From: Camelus ferus
Taxonomy: Eukaryota
Reading direction: 5' to 3'
Length of the DNA stretch: 64,000 nucleotides
NCBI RefSeq assembly: GCF_009834535.1
Contig: NC_045697.1
Location: 104,162,001-104,226,000 of the forward strand
A program made the position numbers and the translations under genes. Below the pieces are notes generated by a model. The model saw nothing but the letters and a program-made list of their open reading frames with translations, did no database searches and was not told where the DNA came from. Positions 37,145 through 49,781 of this stretch are shown in pieces. Numbering within the stretch: the first letter of the stretch is position 1; every line of letters starts with the position of its first letter.

Positions 37145-38909
37145 CAAGGGGTGCTTAGAGAAAGGCCCTGGGGGTAGGTAAACAAAAGCCCAAGGATTAG
37201 GTTTTAGATAATACAAAATAATTGTTTAGAACTGAAGAAGAAAAAAGTTTGGAGTCAGAGTACAAGACACATTTGCAAGGAAGTCTCATTGTCAACACGG
37301 GCTAGCCTCTGCAACATGGCGGGAGAGAAGGGGCTGGAAGATCAGTACACGGTGGGGGCTTGGGCCTCAGAAGGGGCCTCAGAGGGGCTCGAGTCCAAGG
37401 ACTCTGAAAGCAGTTATATCTAGTAACCAGTTTTAAGTCCTCTGTGGGCTATTCCAGTCTATTCCCCATACCGGCCACAAGTCTCGCTAAAACGTTACAG
37501 GTCAACCTTCCCTATCACAGAAGGGAAACAGGGGACCCATCTGAGCCTCCTCCACTTGAGACAACCCTGTGCCAGGGAGGACAGCAGCTGCTGCCTGAGT
37601 GAGACAAGTCTTGGGGCAGGAAAAGGAGTTCAGAAAAAGCCCAGGAGTGGCCCAGACCCAGACCAACATGGCAGAGAGAGGCAGGTTTGGGGATGGGAAG
37701 AAGTTCCTCGAGTTTGAAGAAATTCATGGAAAACAAACTGGTAAAGATGCTGGACATCTGAGAGTGACAAGGAATAGAGACCTGGATTGTTGTGATTTGG
37801 GTATTTCTGGGAGGTGTGATCTTATAATCTGCTGATGTACGGAGTACCTGGGTTACACAGGACTTTTGTGAGGTTGAAATGAGATAACAAATGAAAAGTC
37901 TTTGCATAACATCTAGCTCTGAAGAGGCTCACGATTAATATCTGTTACAGCTGATGTTATTGATGATGAAATATCACTTAGCGGATTCTGTAAGGGCCTT
38001 GGAACAGAAGGTCACATAAGATGTTCTCCTTAAGCAAGTGCTATAGGTAGCCAGGCTCTTACATCCCCAGACCCTAAATGGCACCACTGTGTGCACAGCC
38101 AGACCAAGACATGACTAGAAGGCCATTTTCCACTTGTCACTTTTCCAAACATGGACAAGACCATAGGCACCCAGAAGTATAATTTTCTAAAAATGACAAT
38201 TCACAAACCATTCAACAGAACTATTGCAGAAGGTCATGAGTCTGTGGGAGCAGGTGCAAACCCCAAATGGTGAGTGCTCTGAGGCAGTGGGAGCTCTGTG
38301 GGAGCTCATTCATTTTTCTTTCATAAGACCACCAGACCCTGCATTGAGCAGGTGGGTAGCCTAATAAATTCCACCATAATTTTCATGCCTTAATTTTTCT
38401 GTGGGACTTCTTAAGCTGAAAGAGGGAGGTAGCCATTTGACAAAAAACACCAGCTCCAGGGAAGCCTGTGTTGGGAGTGATCTTCTGTGTCCAAAGACAT
38501 CTCCTTACGAGATGAACAGTGGCCCTGGATCCCTGGAGCTGTGGTGAAGAGAGGGCTGGGGCTTGGCAGGTGACAGAGGCCGTAGTGGTGACAGAAATCT
38601 CACATAAAACAGAAGGCAGAGTTGATTTAGAGTTGGATGGCTAAGACACAGCACCAGCTTCTCAATGTGTTACCCACATCTGTTTTACCAGCAAGAAGCA
38701 GTAGGTGGCAGTGTCCCCAAACATCAGGGTGGCCTAGGTCAGGTGGGGGAACTGAACTAGCTGGGCCAGAATATAGGAAGCAGTCTTATAATCCTAACAA
38801 CTAGCATTTATCAAGAAATATTTATAGACAGGTTCTATGTAAAGTTCTTAAATGAATTAATTCATTTAACCTCACAATAATTGTATTTAATAGGTAATAT
38901 CATCGTTCC

Positions 38910-39230
38910 AGGTACACTTTGGCCTCAGGGCCTTTGCACCTGCATTTTTCTACAAAAGAAACCAATTACATGCATGGCTTATTCTTCACTGCATTCAGAC
39001 CTTTGGTCAAATGTCACCTTCTAAGGGAAGACTGTTCTGATGACTCCATCTAAACACTCTTCATTCTCTTACCACACTTTATGTTTCTGCATTGCTCTTA
39101 TCTTTTTGACCGTATATATTTACTTGTGCATTGTCTATTTCCACTCCAGAATTTAAGTTCCACGGCAGCAGGGAACTTAGTCAGTTTGCTTATGGCTTTA
39201 TCTTAAGCCTCCCAAATAGTACCCTACCAG
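38910..39230 (+). mobile_element. LINE-2 3' fragment
   Basis: 'ggcctcagggcctttgcacctgc', 'tcaaatgtcaccttctaagggaag' and 'ccactccagaatttaagttccacggcagcaggga'. Confidence 0.75.
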
Positions 39231-40546
39231 AGAAGCAGCGCTATCACAGACTTGGGAGTGGTTAGAAAGAGACTCAGAGACTGAAGTTCAAACATCCCTT
39301 CCATGAGGGGATACCCAGTGCGCTGAGGCCTCAGGCTTGGATAAGGCACAGGGGTGGGAAAGGGCAACTCCACAGTGTATAGTTTGTGGTGATCAGAGGA
39401 AAAATTCAAAGCTGAGACATCAATTTAAAACCTGGTGGACAGCAGTGGCTGGACATGAGACAACAGAGGAGAAACCAGGTATTCCAGGCCAGAGCAGGAG
39501 CACTTAGAACACAGGGCAAGAAGTAGAGACTAGGGACGTCCACTGAGCTGTGGGCATCGCCACCATCCCTTCCATTGCCCGCTCTTGGCCTTGGTGGGGA
39601 GAGAGGCGGTCAGCTTAGGTAACACCAATATTATGGAGAGTGGGCTCTAATAAACTTGGGGAAAAAAGAAAAACAAATGGAGTATCACTGTTTTTTAAAT
39701 ACCAAAAGCTCAAAACATTTTGTGGATTTTCTTCCTGGTCACTACCTTCTTTCATTAACTCAACAATTATGTATTCAGAGCCCACCATCCCAGGTGCCAA
39801 AGTAATTTATGGCTGAGGTGAACCCACCAAACCACAGTGTTGTTGTTTTTTTTTCTCAGTGTTTCTTATGTGACAGTTTCAAAGAGAAAAACCTGCTTGT
39901 CAAATATTCACATACATATTATCCTGTCCTGTGAAGACATATTCTTCTTAATATTTAAAGTTTTTTTTGATAGAAAATGATGTTTTTGACTTGCGAGATA
40001 CTCAGCAGAAAAAAAATTTGAAAAGTTAACATGAGACTGAGTTTATACATACTGGAAAGGCAGTCATTTTTGCTCAGATGTTGCCTACAAGTCCATCAAT
40101 CCAGTCTAGAGCTACTAATGTGTGTATTTCTAAAGAAATACAAACTCACTCAAAGCACTTTTTCAGGTTTATAAGTTGATTTCCCTGAAGCCTTTTTTTT
40201 TTCCATCTTGTTCTTTTTGTGTGGTCGCCATTTTGAGTCTCTTATTGTAACTGAGCTGAATGAATCAAAACACTCTATCAAACGCTGATTCTCCATCAGT
40301 GTCAAATATGTCAACATGGCTTCACAATCAAAGAACAGGGAATTTCAAATAAAGGAGGTGAGGGTTAATCCCTCACACTGGGGATGACTATTAATAGGCT
40401 TACGCATACCTAGGCCGACAGGTGAGAACAAACATGAATGAATACAACTTGAATTTGCAGTGGTGACAATTATTCATTCCAGGCAATCTGTCTCAGAAAA
40501 TTTAACCAAAAAGGGTCAGGCATTTGAATCAAGAGAATATATGGAG

Positions 40547-40651
40547 GGGGATGGGTATAGCTCAGCGGTAGAGTGCGTGCTTAGCGTGCATAAGGTCCCA
40601 TGTTCAATCCCCAGTACCTCCACTAAAAAAAAATAAAATAAAAATTTAAAA
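40547..40651 (+). mobile_element. tRNA-Ala-derived SINE (Vic-1-like), short form
   Basis: gggtatagctcagcggtagagtgcgtgcttagcgtgcataaggtcccatgttcaatccccagtacctcca plus A-tail. Perfect 16-bp TSD aagagaatatatggag (40531-40546 / 40652-40667). Confidence 0.92.
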
Positions 40652-42239
40652 AAGAGAATATATGGAGACCAAAGCTGGAAATAAATAAATATAAATAAAT
40701 AAATTTATTTTATAATTTAAAAAGTAGAGGCCAAGAAGCAATTGGGAACTCCAGCTCTGACTCACTTAGAAAGGCTCAAAGGTGGCCACAGGGTATCTGG
40801 TAGACCAAAGAGACGAGATCAAGGTTGATTTCACTGATACGTGCCACCAGCAAGCATTTTTTAAGTGTTCAGAGGGTCACATGTATGTACTTAGTCATTT
40901 TAATTGAAGCATGTTAATACTGACAATGACAAATATGTGAGAACTCTCCCCCAGCACTTTCCACTTAGTATACGTCTCAAATGCGCTAAATAAAATCAAG
41001 TGGCCTGAAAGAGGAAGCTTATTTTTTAAATAAATTTCTCATTAAGGATATTACATGGGTTAAACTTCATGTTTTATAATATAACAAAGTTTACATTGTA
41101 CTCTCCGTGCCTCCTGCCCCCATGAAGTTACTGCAGTAAGTTATTCTCTCTTGATCGACTGTCCCAATACGAGGCAAATCCTGTTGAAGCCACATTACAA
41201 TCTAACACACTAATCTTATTAACCTTTATAATCCCCCTTTACCACCAAAAAAAGGATGTCATAAACAGGCTAAATGGATTTTCAAAAATGTTAGAAGGTA
41301 ATATTGGCAAAACCCAGGATAAAATACATTTATCTTCACTTTCAAACCATGAGTATTGACTGCAATGCTAATGTGCATCCTAACACCAGAACTAAAGAAA
41401 CAGTTTTTATTTTGACCTTGGGCAGAGGTCATGGTTCCCGAAATCTTTTTGATTGACCAAGAAAATCACTCTGGGATCACAAGGCCTACATTTTTTCAGG
41501 ATACCAACTAACCAACCAAAAATAACACGTCTCTCAATGATATACTTTGAATGAACTTGGCCATATCTCGGACCAGTAATAAAGACACAGAATTGTTTGA
41601 TAAGCAAAGGTCATGATTACAGGAAGGAGAAAACAACCGAGGAGCACGTAGTGACAACTGAAAGTTTTCTTTTCATTTTGCAGTAAGGGGAAATACCATC
41701 TAGGTTCCTGCCAAACAGAGTAAGACTGGGAAAAGCAAAAGGGAGGATTATGAGGTCGTCTAAAGTAATGAAAACAGACGTCATTGCTTCAGGCCAAGTG
41801 CTCCTGTTAGATCTGTACAAAGAGCCACCTCTGCATTGCCAGTTGAGATGTCTTTCAATAACAGGGCTCCAGGCTGTTCCGGCCCTTTTTTCTTTCAGCC
41901 TGTGTTTTAGGAGGGGCTGTGTGGTCCCTTGGTGGTGTGTGAAGTCCCATGGTCCCCCCACGGCCCGGCTTCTCTCCCTGCTCAGATGCTCTGTCCCAGC
42001 CAGCCCAAGCACCTCAGGGAGCCCCTTACCCTCATACTTCTGCCAGAAATGGCCATTCCTTGAAAGAGTCCACTTCCCTCCAAAAGGTCTAAGACTCTGC
42101 TATTCCTTCCCAGCCTTCTGAGTTAGTGAATCCTTAAGGAAACAATTATTTCCCATCCCGGAAACATTCAACCACAAGTAATCTGTCTCCTCCTCGCTTT
42201 GTTTTTGCCGTTGCTAAGCTTCGAGGCCTGCGGTTTAAT

Positions 42240-42714
42240 TTTTATGCATATATCATATGCCGGGCTTGTGTTCAGTCCTTTACAATCATCATACAATTTA
42301 GTCTTATTTTATGCTTACAGAAACCCCACCAGCTAGGTTTCATTATCCTCGTTTAACAGATGAGAAATCTGAAGCCCCAAATAGACAACATTACTTGCCT
42401 AAAGTCACAGAGCTCGCATGTAGCACACTGACCCAAACCTCAGATTTCACTCTCTCTCCATTCTATTACTTCCATTGGCCAGATCTGGAGGTGCCAGGCA
42501 TTGACTTTTATTTTTATTCATAATTATCACTGACAGCACATTTAGTCATCCATTTATAGCCAAGTGATCATGAGCAAGATTCTTAACCTATCTGTGCTTC
42601 ATCTGCACAAATGGGAATTATTGCAGCACCTACCTTAGAAGAGAGTCATGAGTAATTAACAGAGTTAATGTATATAAAAGAATCACAATACTCGGTCAAC
42701 TGTAAGCATTATTT
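42240..42714. mobile_element. Two MIR fragments in opposite orientation; the second is the L1 target site and continues after 49796
   Basis: 'cattatcctcgtttaacagatgagaaatctgaagc...acttgcctaaagtcacagagc' (-) and 'catctgcacaaatgggaattattgcagcacctacc...gagttaatgtatataaaag' (+). Confidence 0.65.
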
Positions 42715-43030
42715 TTTTTTAACATTTTTTATTGATTTATAATCATTTTACAATGTTGTGTCAAATTCCAATGTTCAGCACAATTTTTCAGTTATTCATG
42801 GACATATACACACTGTCACATTTTTTTCTCTGTGAGTTATCATAACATTTTGTGTATATTTCCCTGTGCTATACAGTGTAGTCTATTCTACAATTTTGAA
42901 ATCCCAGTCTATCCCTTCCCACCCTCCACCCCCCTGGTAACCACAAGTCTGTATTCTCTGTCTGTGAGTCTATTTCTGTCCTTTATTTACGCTTTGTTTT
43001 TGTTTGTTTGTTTGTTTTTGTTTTTGTTTT

Positions 43031-46000
43031 TTAGATTCCACATATGAGCGATCTCATATGGTATTTTTCTTTCTCTTTCTGGCTTACTTCACTTAGAATG
43101 ACATTCTCCAGGAGCATCCATGTTGCTGCAAATGGCATTATGTTGTCGGTTTTTATGGCTGAGTAGTATTCCATTGTATAAATATACCACCTCTTCTTTA
43201 TCCAGTCACCTGTTGATGGACATTTAGGCTGTTTCCATGTTTTGGCTATCGTAAATAGTGCTGCTATGAACATTGGGGTGCAGGTGTCATCCTGAAGTAG
43301 ATTTCCTTCTGGATACAAGCCCAGGAGTGGGATTCCTGGGTCATATGGTAAGTCGATTCCTAGTCTTTTGAGGAATCTCCACACTGTTTTCCATAGTGGC
43401 TGCACCAAACTGCATTCCCACCAGCAGTGTAGGAGGGTTCCCCTTTCTCCACAGCCTCTCCAGCATTTGTCATTTGTGGATTTTTGAATGACGGCCATTC
43501 TGACTGGTGTGAGGTGATACCTCATTGTACTTTTGATTTGCATTTCTCTGATAATTAGTGATATTGAGCATTTTTTCATGTGCTTTTTGATCATTTGTAT
43601 GTCTTCCTTGGAGAATTGCTTGTTTAGGTCTTCTGCCCATTTTTGGATTGGGTTGTTTATTTTTTTCTTATTGAGTCTTATGAGCTGCTTATATATTCTG
43701 GAGATCAAGCCTTTGTCGGTTTCACTTGCAAAAATTTCTCCCATTCCGTAGGTTTTCTTCTTGTTTTATTTCTGGTTTCCTTTGCTGTGCAGAAGCTTGT
43801 AAGTTTCATTAGGTCCCATTTGTTTATTCTTGCTTTTATTTCTTCTAGGAGAAAATTTTTTAAATGTACGTCAGATATTGTTTTGCCTGTGTTTTCCTCT
43901 AGGAGGTTTATTGTATCTTGTCTTATGATTAAGTCTTTAATCCATTTTGAGTTGATTTTTGTATATGGTGTAAGGGAGTGTTCTAGCTTCATTGTTTTAC
44001 ATGCTGCTGTCCAGTTTTCCCAACACCATTTGCTGAAGAGACTGTCTTTATTCCATTGTATATTCTTGCCTCCTTTGTCAAAGATGAGTTGACCAAAAGT
44101 TTATGGGTTCATTTCTGGGCTCTCTATTCTGTTCCATTGGTCTATATGTCTGTTTTGGTACCAATACCATGCTGTCTTGATGACTGTAGCTCTATAGTAT
44201 TGTCTGAAGTCTGGGAGAGTTATTCCTCCAGCCTCTTTCTTTCTCTTCAGTAATGCTTTGGCAATTCTAGGTCTTTGATGGTTCCATATGAATTTTATTA
44301 TGATTTTTTCTAGTTCTGTGAAATATGTCCTGGGTAATTGGATAGGGATTGCATTAAATCTGTAGATTGCCTTCGGCAGTGTGACCATTTTAACAATATT
44401 GATTCTTCCAATCCAAGAGCATGGAATATCTTTCCATTTTTTAAAGTCTTCTTTAATTTCCTTCATCAATGGTTTATAGTTTTCTGTGTATAATTCTTTC
44501 ACCTCTTGGTTAGATTTATTCCCAGATATTTTATTACTTTGGGTGCTATTTTAAAGGGGATTGTTTCTTTACTTTCTTCTTCTGTTGACTTATCGTTAGT
44601 GTAAAGAAATGCAACTGATTTTTGAACGTTAATTTTGTAACCTGCTACCTTGCTGAATTCTTCAATCAGCTCTAGTAGCTTTTGTGTGGACCTTTTAGGG
44701 TTTTCTATATATAGTAACATGTCATCAGCATATAATGACACTTTTACCTCTTCTTTTCCAATTTGGATCCCTTTTATTTCTTTCTCTTGCCTGACTGCTG
44801 TGGCTAGGACTTCCAGGACTATGTTGAATAGGAGTGGTGATAGTGGGCATCCTTGTCTTGTCCCAGATTTTAGTGGGAAGCTTTTGAGTTTTTCACCATT
44901 GAGTACTATGCTGGCTGTAGGTTTGTCATATATAGCTTTTATTATGTTGAGATATGTTCCCTCTATACCCACTTTGGCGAGAGTTTTTATCATAAATGGG
45001 TGTTGAATTTTATCAAATGCTTTTTCTGCATCGATTGAGATGATCACGTGGTTTTTGTCCTTTCTCTTGTTGATGTGATGTATTACACTGATTGATTTGC
45101 GTATGTTGAACCAGCCTTGTGTCCCTGGGATGAACCCCACTTGGTCATGATGTATAATCTTTTTTATGTGTTGTTGGATTCTATTTGCTAAAATTTTGGT
45201 GAGGATTTTGGTGTCTATGTTCATCAGTGATATTGGCCTATAATTCTCTTTTTTTGTAGTGTCTTTGCCTGGTTTTGGTATCAGGGTGATGGTGGCTTCA
45301 TAGAATGAGTTTGGGAGTATTCCCTCCTTTTCAATCATCTGGAAGAGTTTGAGAAGGACTGGTATGAGTTCTTCTTTGTATGTTTGGTAGAATTCCCCAG
45401 TGAAGCTGTCCGGTCCTGGACTTTTATTTGTAGGGAGGTTTTTAATTGCTATTTCTATTTCCTTTCTAGTGATCGGATTGTTCAAGTGCTCAGATTCTTC
45501 TTGATTCAGTTTTGGTGGACAGTATGTTTCCAGAAACTTGTGCATCTCCTCTAGGTTATCCAGTTTGGTTCCATATAGTTTTTCATAATATTCTCGTATG
45601 ATATTCTGTATTTCTATTTTGTTTGTTGTAATTTCTCCATTTTCCTTTCTTATTTTGCTAATTTGTGCTTTCTCTTTTTTCTTCTTTGTGAGTTTGGCCA
45701 GACGTTTGTCGATTTTATTTACTTTTTCAAAAAACCAGCTTTTGGTTTGGTTGATTTTTTCTATGGTCTTGTTAATCTCTATTGTATTTAATTCCTCTCT
45801 GATCTTTATTATTTCCTTCCTTCTGCTGCTTCTTGGGGCTTTTTGTTCTTCTTTTTCTAATTCATTCAGGTGGTGGGTTAAATTGTTTATTTGAGATTGT
45901 TCTTCTTTTTTGAGGAAGGCCTGTATCGCTATAAACTTCCCTCTTAGCACTGCCTTTGCTGTGTCCCATAGGTTTTGAGTGGTTGTGCTTTCATTATCAT

Positions 46001-46820
46001 TTGTCTCAAGGTATTTTTTAATTTCAGCTTTGATTTCCTCATTGATCCATTGTTTTTTCAATAACATATTGTTTAATCTCCATGCTTTCCTTTTTTTCTC
46101 CTTTGTTTCTCTGTTGTTGACTTCCAGTTTCATGGCATTGTGGTCAGTAAAGATGCTTGAGATAATTTCTATCTTCTTAAAATTGTTGAGGTTTCTTTTG
46201 TGCCCAAGTACATGATCGATCCTGGAAAATGTTCCATGTGCACTTGAAAACAATGTATATCCTATTTTTGGGGGGTGTAATGCTCTGAAAATATCCACCA
46301 AATCTAGTTTTTCTATTGTAGTATTTAATTTCTCTGTTGCCTTGTTTATTTTCTGTCTGGAAGATCTGTCTAGTGATGTTAATGCAGTGTTAAAATCTCC
46401 AACTATGATTGTATTCCCATCAATATCCCCCTTTATCTCTGTTAGTAATTCTTGTATGTACTTAGGTGCTCCTATATTGGGTACATATATATTAATGAGT
46501 GTAATATCCTCATCTTGTATCCCTCCTTTAATCATTATAAAATGTCCTTCTTTATCTTTCTTTATGGCCTTTGTTTTAAAGTCTATTTTGTCTGAAATCA
46601 GTACTGCAACACCTGCTTTTTTGGCTTTTCCATTTGCATGGAATTTCCATCCTTTCACTCTCAATCTATATGTGTCCTTCTCCCTAAAGTGGGTCTCTTG
46701 TATGCAGCATATTGAAGATTCTTGCTTTATTATCCAGTCTGCCACTCTGTGTCTTTTGACTGGAGCATTTAGTCCATTAACATTTACAGTAATTAATGAT
46801 AGATGTGTGTTTATTGCCAT
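43031..46820 (-). pseudogene. L1 ORF2p (endonuclease, reverse transcriptase, CCHC), disrupted
   Basis: APE motifs NVNGLN, CCIQETH, GDFN, SRIDH, TDHN. RT motifs [10 protein letters not shown] and YADD. C-terminal CWRGC...HCWWEC. Lesions: frameshift ~44505 (INLTK/EVKEL), in-frame TAA at 44101-44103, frameshift ~43735 (EWEK/IFA). Confidence 0.96.
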
Positions 46821-47223
46821 TTTGAACTTATCTTTGCAGTTGAATTGGTATATCCTCTTTGTTCCTTTCTTCTTCCTTTTGTGGTTTGGTAATTTTCCTT
46901 TGTATTATCATGGATTTTATTTACTTTTTGTGACTCCTTTGTAAATTTTTGGCTTGTGGTTACCCTTTTTTGTAAATCTGTCAACCCATTACTATAACTG
47001 TTTTTATTAAACTGATAGTAACATGATCTCAAACCCATCCTACTGTTAAAAAATTTTAAAAAGAAAGAAAAAAATATTCTATATTTCCTTGCCTCCCTCT
47101 CCCACTCTCAGTGATTTGTATGTCTTCTTTTATAATTTCATGTTTACTTTATTTGTAATTCATGAGTTATCACCTTTCCAGTTGTGTGTTTCTCATTTCT
47201 GTAGCATCCTGCTGCCTTTCTAT

Positions 47224-48126
47224 TTAGAATAGCCCTTTCAATATTTCTTTTAGCATGGGTTTAGTGTTGCTAAACTCCTGCAGATTTTTTTTGTCTGTGA
47301 AACTCTTTATTTCTCCTTCTGTCCTCAAGGATAGCCTTGCTGGATAAAGGATCCTAGGCTGCATCTTTTTTTCATTCAGGGCTTTGAATATATCTTGCCA
47401 CTCCCTTCTGGCCTGTAGTGTTTGCGTAGAGAAATTAGCTGAGAGCCTTATGGGGGTTCCCTTGTAACTTACTCTTTGCTTTTCTCTTGCTGCCTTTAGA
47501 ATCATTTCTTTATCCTTGACTCTGGCCATCTTGATTATGATATGTCTTGGTGTGGGTCTATTTGGGTTCTTCCTGTTTGGGACCCTCTGAGCTTCCTGTA
47601 GTTGGATATCTGATTCCTTCTTTAAGTTTGGGAAGTTTTCAGTCATGATTTCTTCAAAAACCTTTTCAATCCCCTTTGATCTTTCTTCTCCTTCTGGGAC
47701 CCCTATTATGCGAAGATTGGGACGCTTTATATTATCCCATAGGTCCCTTATGCTATTTTCATTATTTTTTATTTGCTTCTCTTGTAGTTCTTCTGAATGG
47801 GTGCTTTCTATTGCCCTGTCTTCTAGATCACTAATTCGTTCCTCTGCATTATCTAGTCGGCTTTGCACAGCTATTAGATCATTCCTCATCTCTGACAATG
47901 AGTTTACCCATTCTACTTGGCTCTTCTTTATAGCTTCAATTTCATTTTTGACATATTTTATATCTCTAAACACTATCTCTTTTAATTCCTTCAGCAATTC
48001 GATCACTCCTTTTTTGAAATCTTGATCTAGTAGGCTATCGATGTCTATTTCGTTGATCTTTCTTTCAGGGGATTTCTCTTGTTCTTTTAATTGGGAAAGG
48101 TTTTTCTGCTTCTTCATCTTGCTCAT
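47224..48126 (-). CDS. L1 ORF1p, 300 aa, apparently intact (coiled coil, RRM, CTD)
   Basis: Motifs RLDNAEERISDLED, LWDNIKRPNLRIIGVPEGEE, TPRHIIIKM, ILKAAREK, ARREW, YPARLS. ATG start and TAA stop, no interruption. Confidence 0.93.
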   Translation of the reverse strand: MSKMKKQKNLSQLKEQEKSPERKINEIDIDSLLDQDFKKGVIELLKELKEIVFRDIKYVKNEIEAIKKSQVEWVNSLSEMRNDLIAVQSRLDNAEERISDLEDRAIESTHSEELQEKQIKNNENSIRDLWDNIKRPNLRIIGVPEGEERSKGIEKVFEEIMTENFPNLKKESDIQLQEAQRVPNRKNPNRPTPRHIIIKMARVKDKEMILKAAREKQRVSYKGTPIRLSANFSTQTLQARREWQDIFKALNEKKMQPRILYPARLSLRTEGEIKSFTDKKNLQEFSNTKPMLKEILKGLF

Positions 48127-48524
48127 ACCTCTTTGGCACTGTGGTTTATGGAGTATCAGTTGTTTATTTTGGTCCTTAAGGATTTTATCTATCTGATGCC
48201 TATTTAGGAATAGAACTTAGGAAAAAAAGAAAAAAAAAATAAGAGAGAGAGAGAAAGAATTTTAAAAGAAGGGAGAAAGAGGGTTTGAAACAGTGTATAA
48301 TGAATAATAGAAGAGTGAGTTGAAGCAGAGTATTAATCGAGTTGAGACGTCCTTTTAAAACCTTTACAAAAAAAGGGGGGGGGGAGATGAATAGATGTAT
48401 TTGAAACCTGTGCAATAGCAGGACATCAAAACCCAAGAGAAATAGAAAAGAATTAAGAAGTAAAGATTAAGAGAGTAATAGAAAATAGAACAGGTAAAAA
48501 CAGATTTAAAAAAAAGGGGGGGGG

Positions 48525-49781
48525 TTGTCGGTGTTCTGGAGTCTGTGTGCTTTTAATGTGAAGTCTTTCTGTCTTCGTCCTGTTTTGGAAGTTCAGCTTG
48601 CTGTTTTCAGAGGCCCTCCGTTGGCGCCCTCTTCTGTGCTGCTCCCAGCACCTGTCGGCAAGCAGATCGCGCCTCCTCCTAACACTGGGTCAGGTGCAGC
48701 TCTCTGCTGTGGGCGGGCGGGTTGCTGCCCCTCCGGATGCTGCAGTCAGATGTTGCAGACTGGCCAGGTAGGAGGGCGGGTCGTGCCCCCTCCCAGCACC
48801 TCGATCAGGGGCTGTGTTCCTGCCCGAAAGGCGGGGGGGCCGCTCTCCCTCTACCTGCACCGCCGGTAGTTCCGCTCTCTGTGCGGCTGCGCGCTCCACC
48901 CTGGTCGGCGCTCCGCAGGTGGGCTCAGGGAAGACTGAGGCACAGCCCTGTCCCTGCTCCAAGCCAAAACCCAGCTCCTTGTTTGTCTTTGTGGAGCAAG
49001 TTCTCTGAGGGACCAGGATGGAAGGATCCTATCTGCCCCGGGCTGCAGGCCAGTCTCAATCTGGCCTTTGAGGCTGCTAAGCCCTTTGGTTTGGATGCAG
49101 GTTTCACCCCCGCCCCCGCCTGGGTGATCAGTGCTGGAGGATATGGCGGCTGTGCCTGATCCCCGCCTCTCTTCCCCCCGAAAACTTTCCGCGGGTTTTC
49201 AGAGATGGGGGTGTGCACCCTTCCCCCGAGAGCACATCAACCTTGCTGTTTTATGGAGGGCCCAGGTTGTTCTGCCCTGTGCACCCACAGCCACGGCGCG
49301 CAGCCCCTTGCAGTCCCCCGGGGCTGCCTCCGTGCAGCCGCCCCCTGTCCTCTGCCCGGCTTGTGCAGCCTGGCCCTGCCCGCCGCTGCCGGCCCTCGTC
49401 TCAGGCTGGGTGTCGGGGGGACGCTCTGTGCCCGTTTAACTTAGTTCTGTTAGTCAAGGGCTGCTCTGTACAGATCCGAGCCTCGGAGGCTCCCCCTCCG
49501 TCCCGCTGGCCTCTCAGTTGGAGAGGGGAGACCCAGAGAGCGAGCGCCAGTCCTCCTTTGCCGCTCCCTCCCCGCGGGACCCGTCCCGCGCTGCTTTGCC
49601 TTTTGTTCTTTCTTTTTTCCTTTTCTCCTACCAGATTTTTGGCGTCTTTATCTTTTGAAGAGGGCGATGTTCTGTCGGAGTTCCACAGGTGCTCTGGTTG
49701 GCTGAGTGGGTCTGTAGATGTGGGTCTTGGTGTATTTGTGGGAGAGGGTGACCTGCGAGCGTCCTTCTACTCCGCCATCTT
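48525..49781 (-). promoter_or_regulatory. L1 5'UTR internal Pol II promoter / CpG island with terminal YY1 motif
   Basis: Strongly GC/CpG-rich relative to the rest of the window. The element strand begins AAGATGGCGG (YY1 consensus; plus strand ccgccatctt, 49772-49781). Confidence 0.8.

Larger units (their letters stand above)
42715..49781 (-). mobile_element. Full-length LINE-1 (~7.07 kb): 5'UTR, ORF1, spacer, disrupted ORF2, 3'UTR, short poly(A)
   Basis: Perfect 15-bp TSD ctgtaagcattattt (42700-42714 / 49782-49796). Endonuclease-type site TT/AAAT on the element strand. ORF1 and ORF2 homology; CpG-rich 5'UTR. Confidence 0.98.

Noticed and set aside
43533..48025. Plus-strand ORFs of 65-200 aa over the L1
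   Set aside because: They are antisense shadows of ORF1/ORF2 with the usual Ser/Phe/Leu-rich composition.
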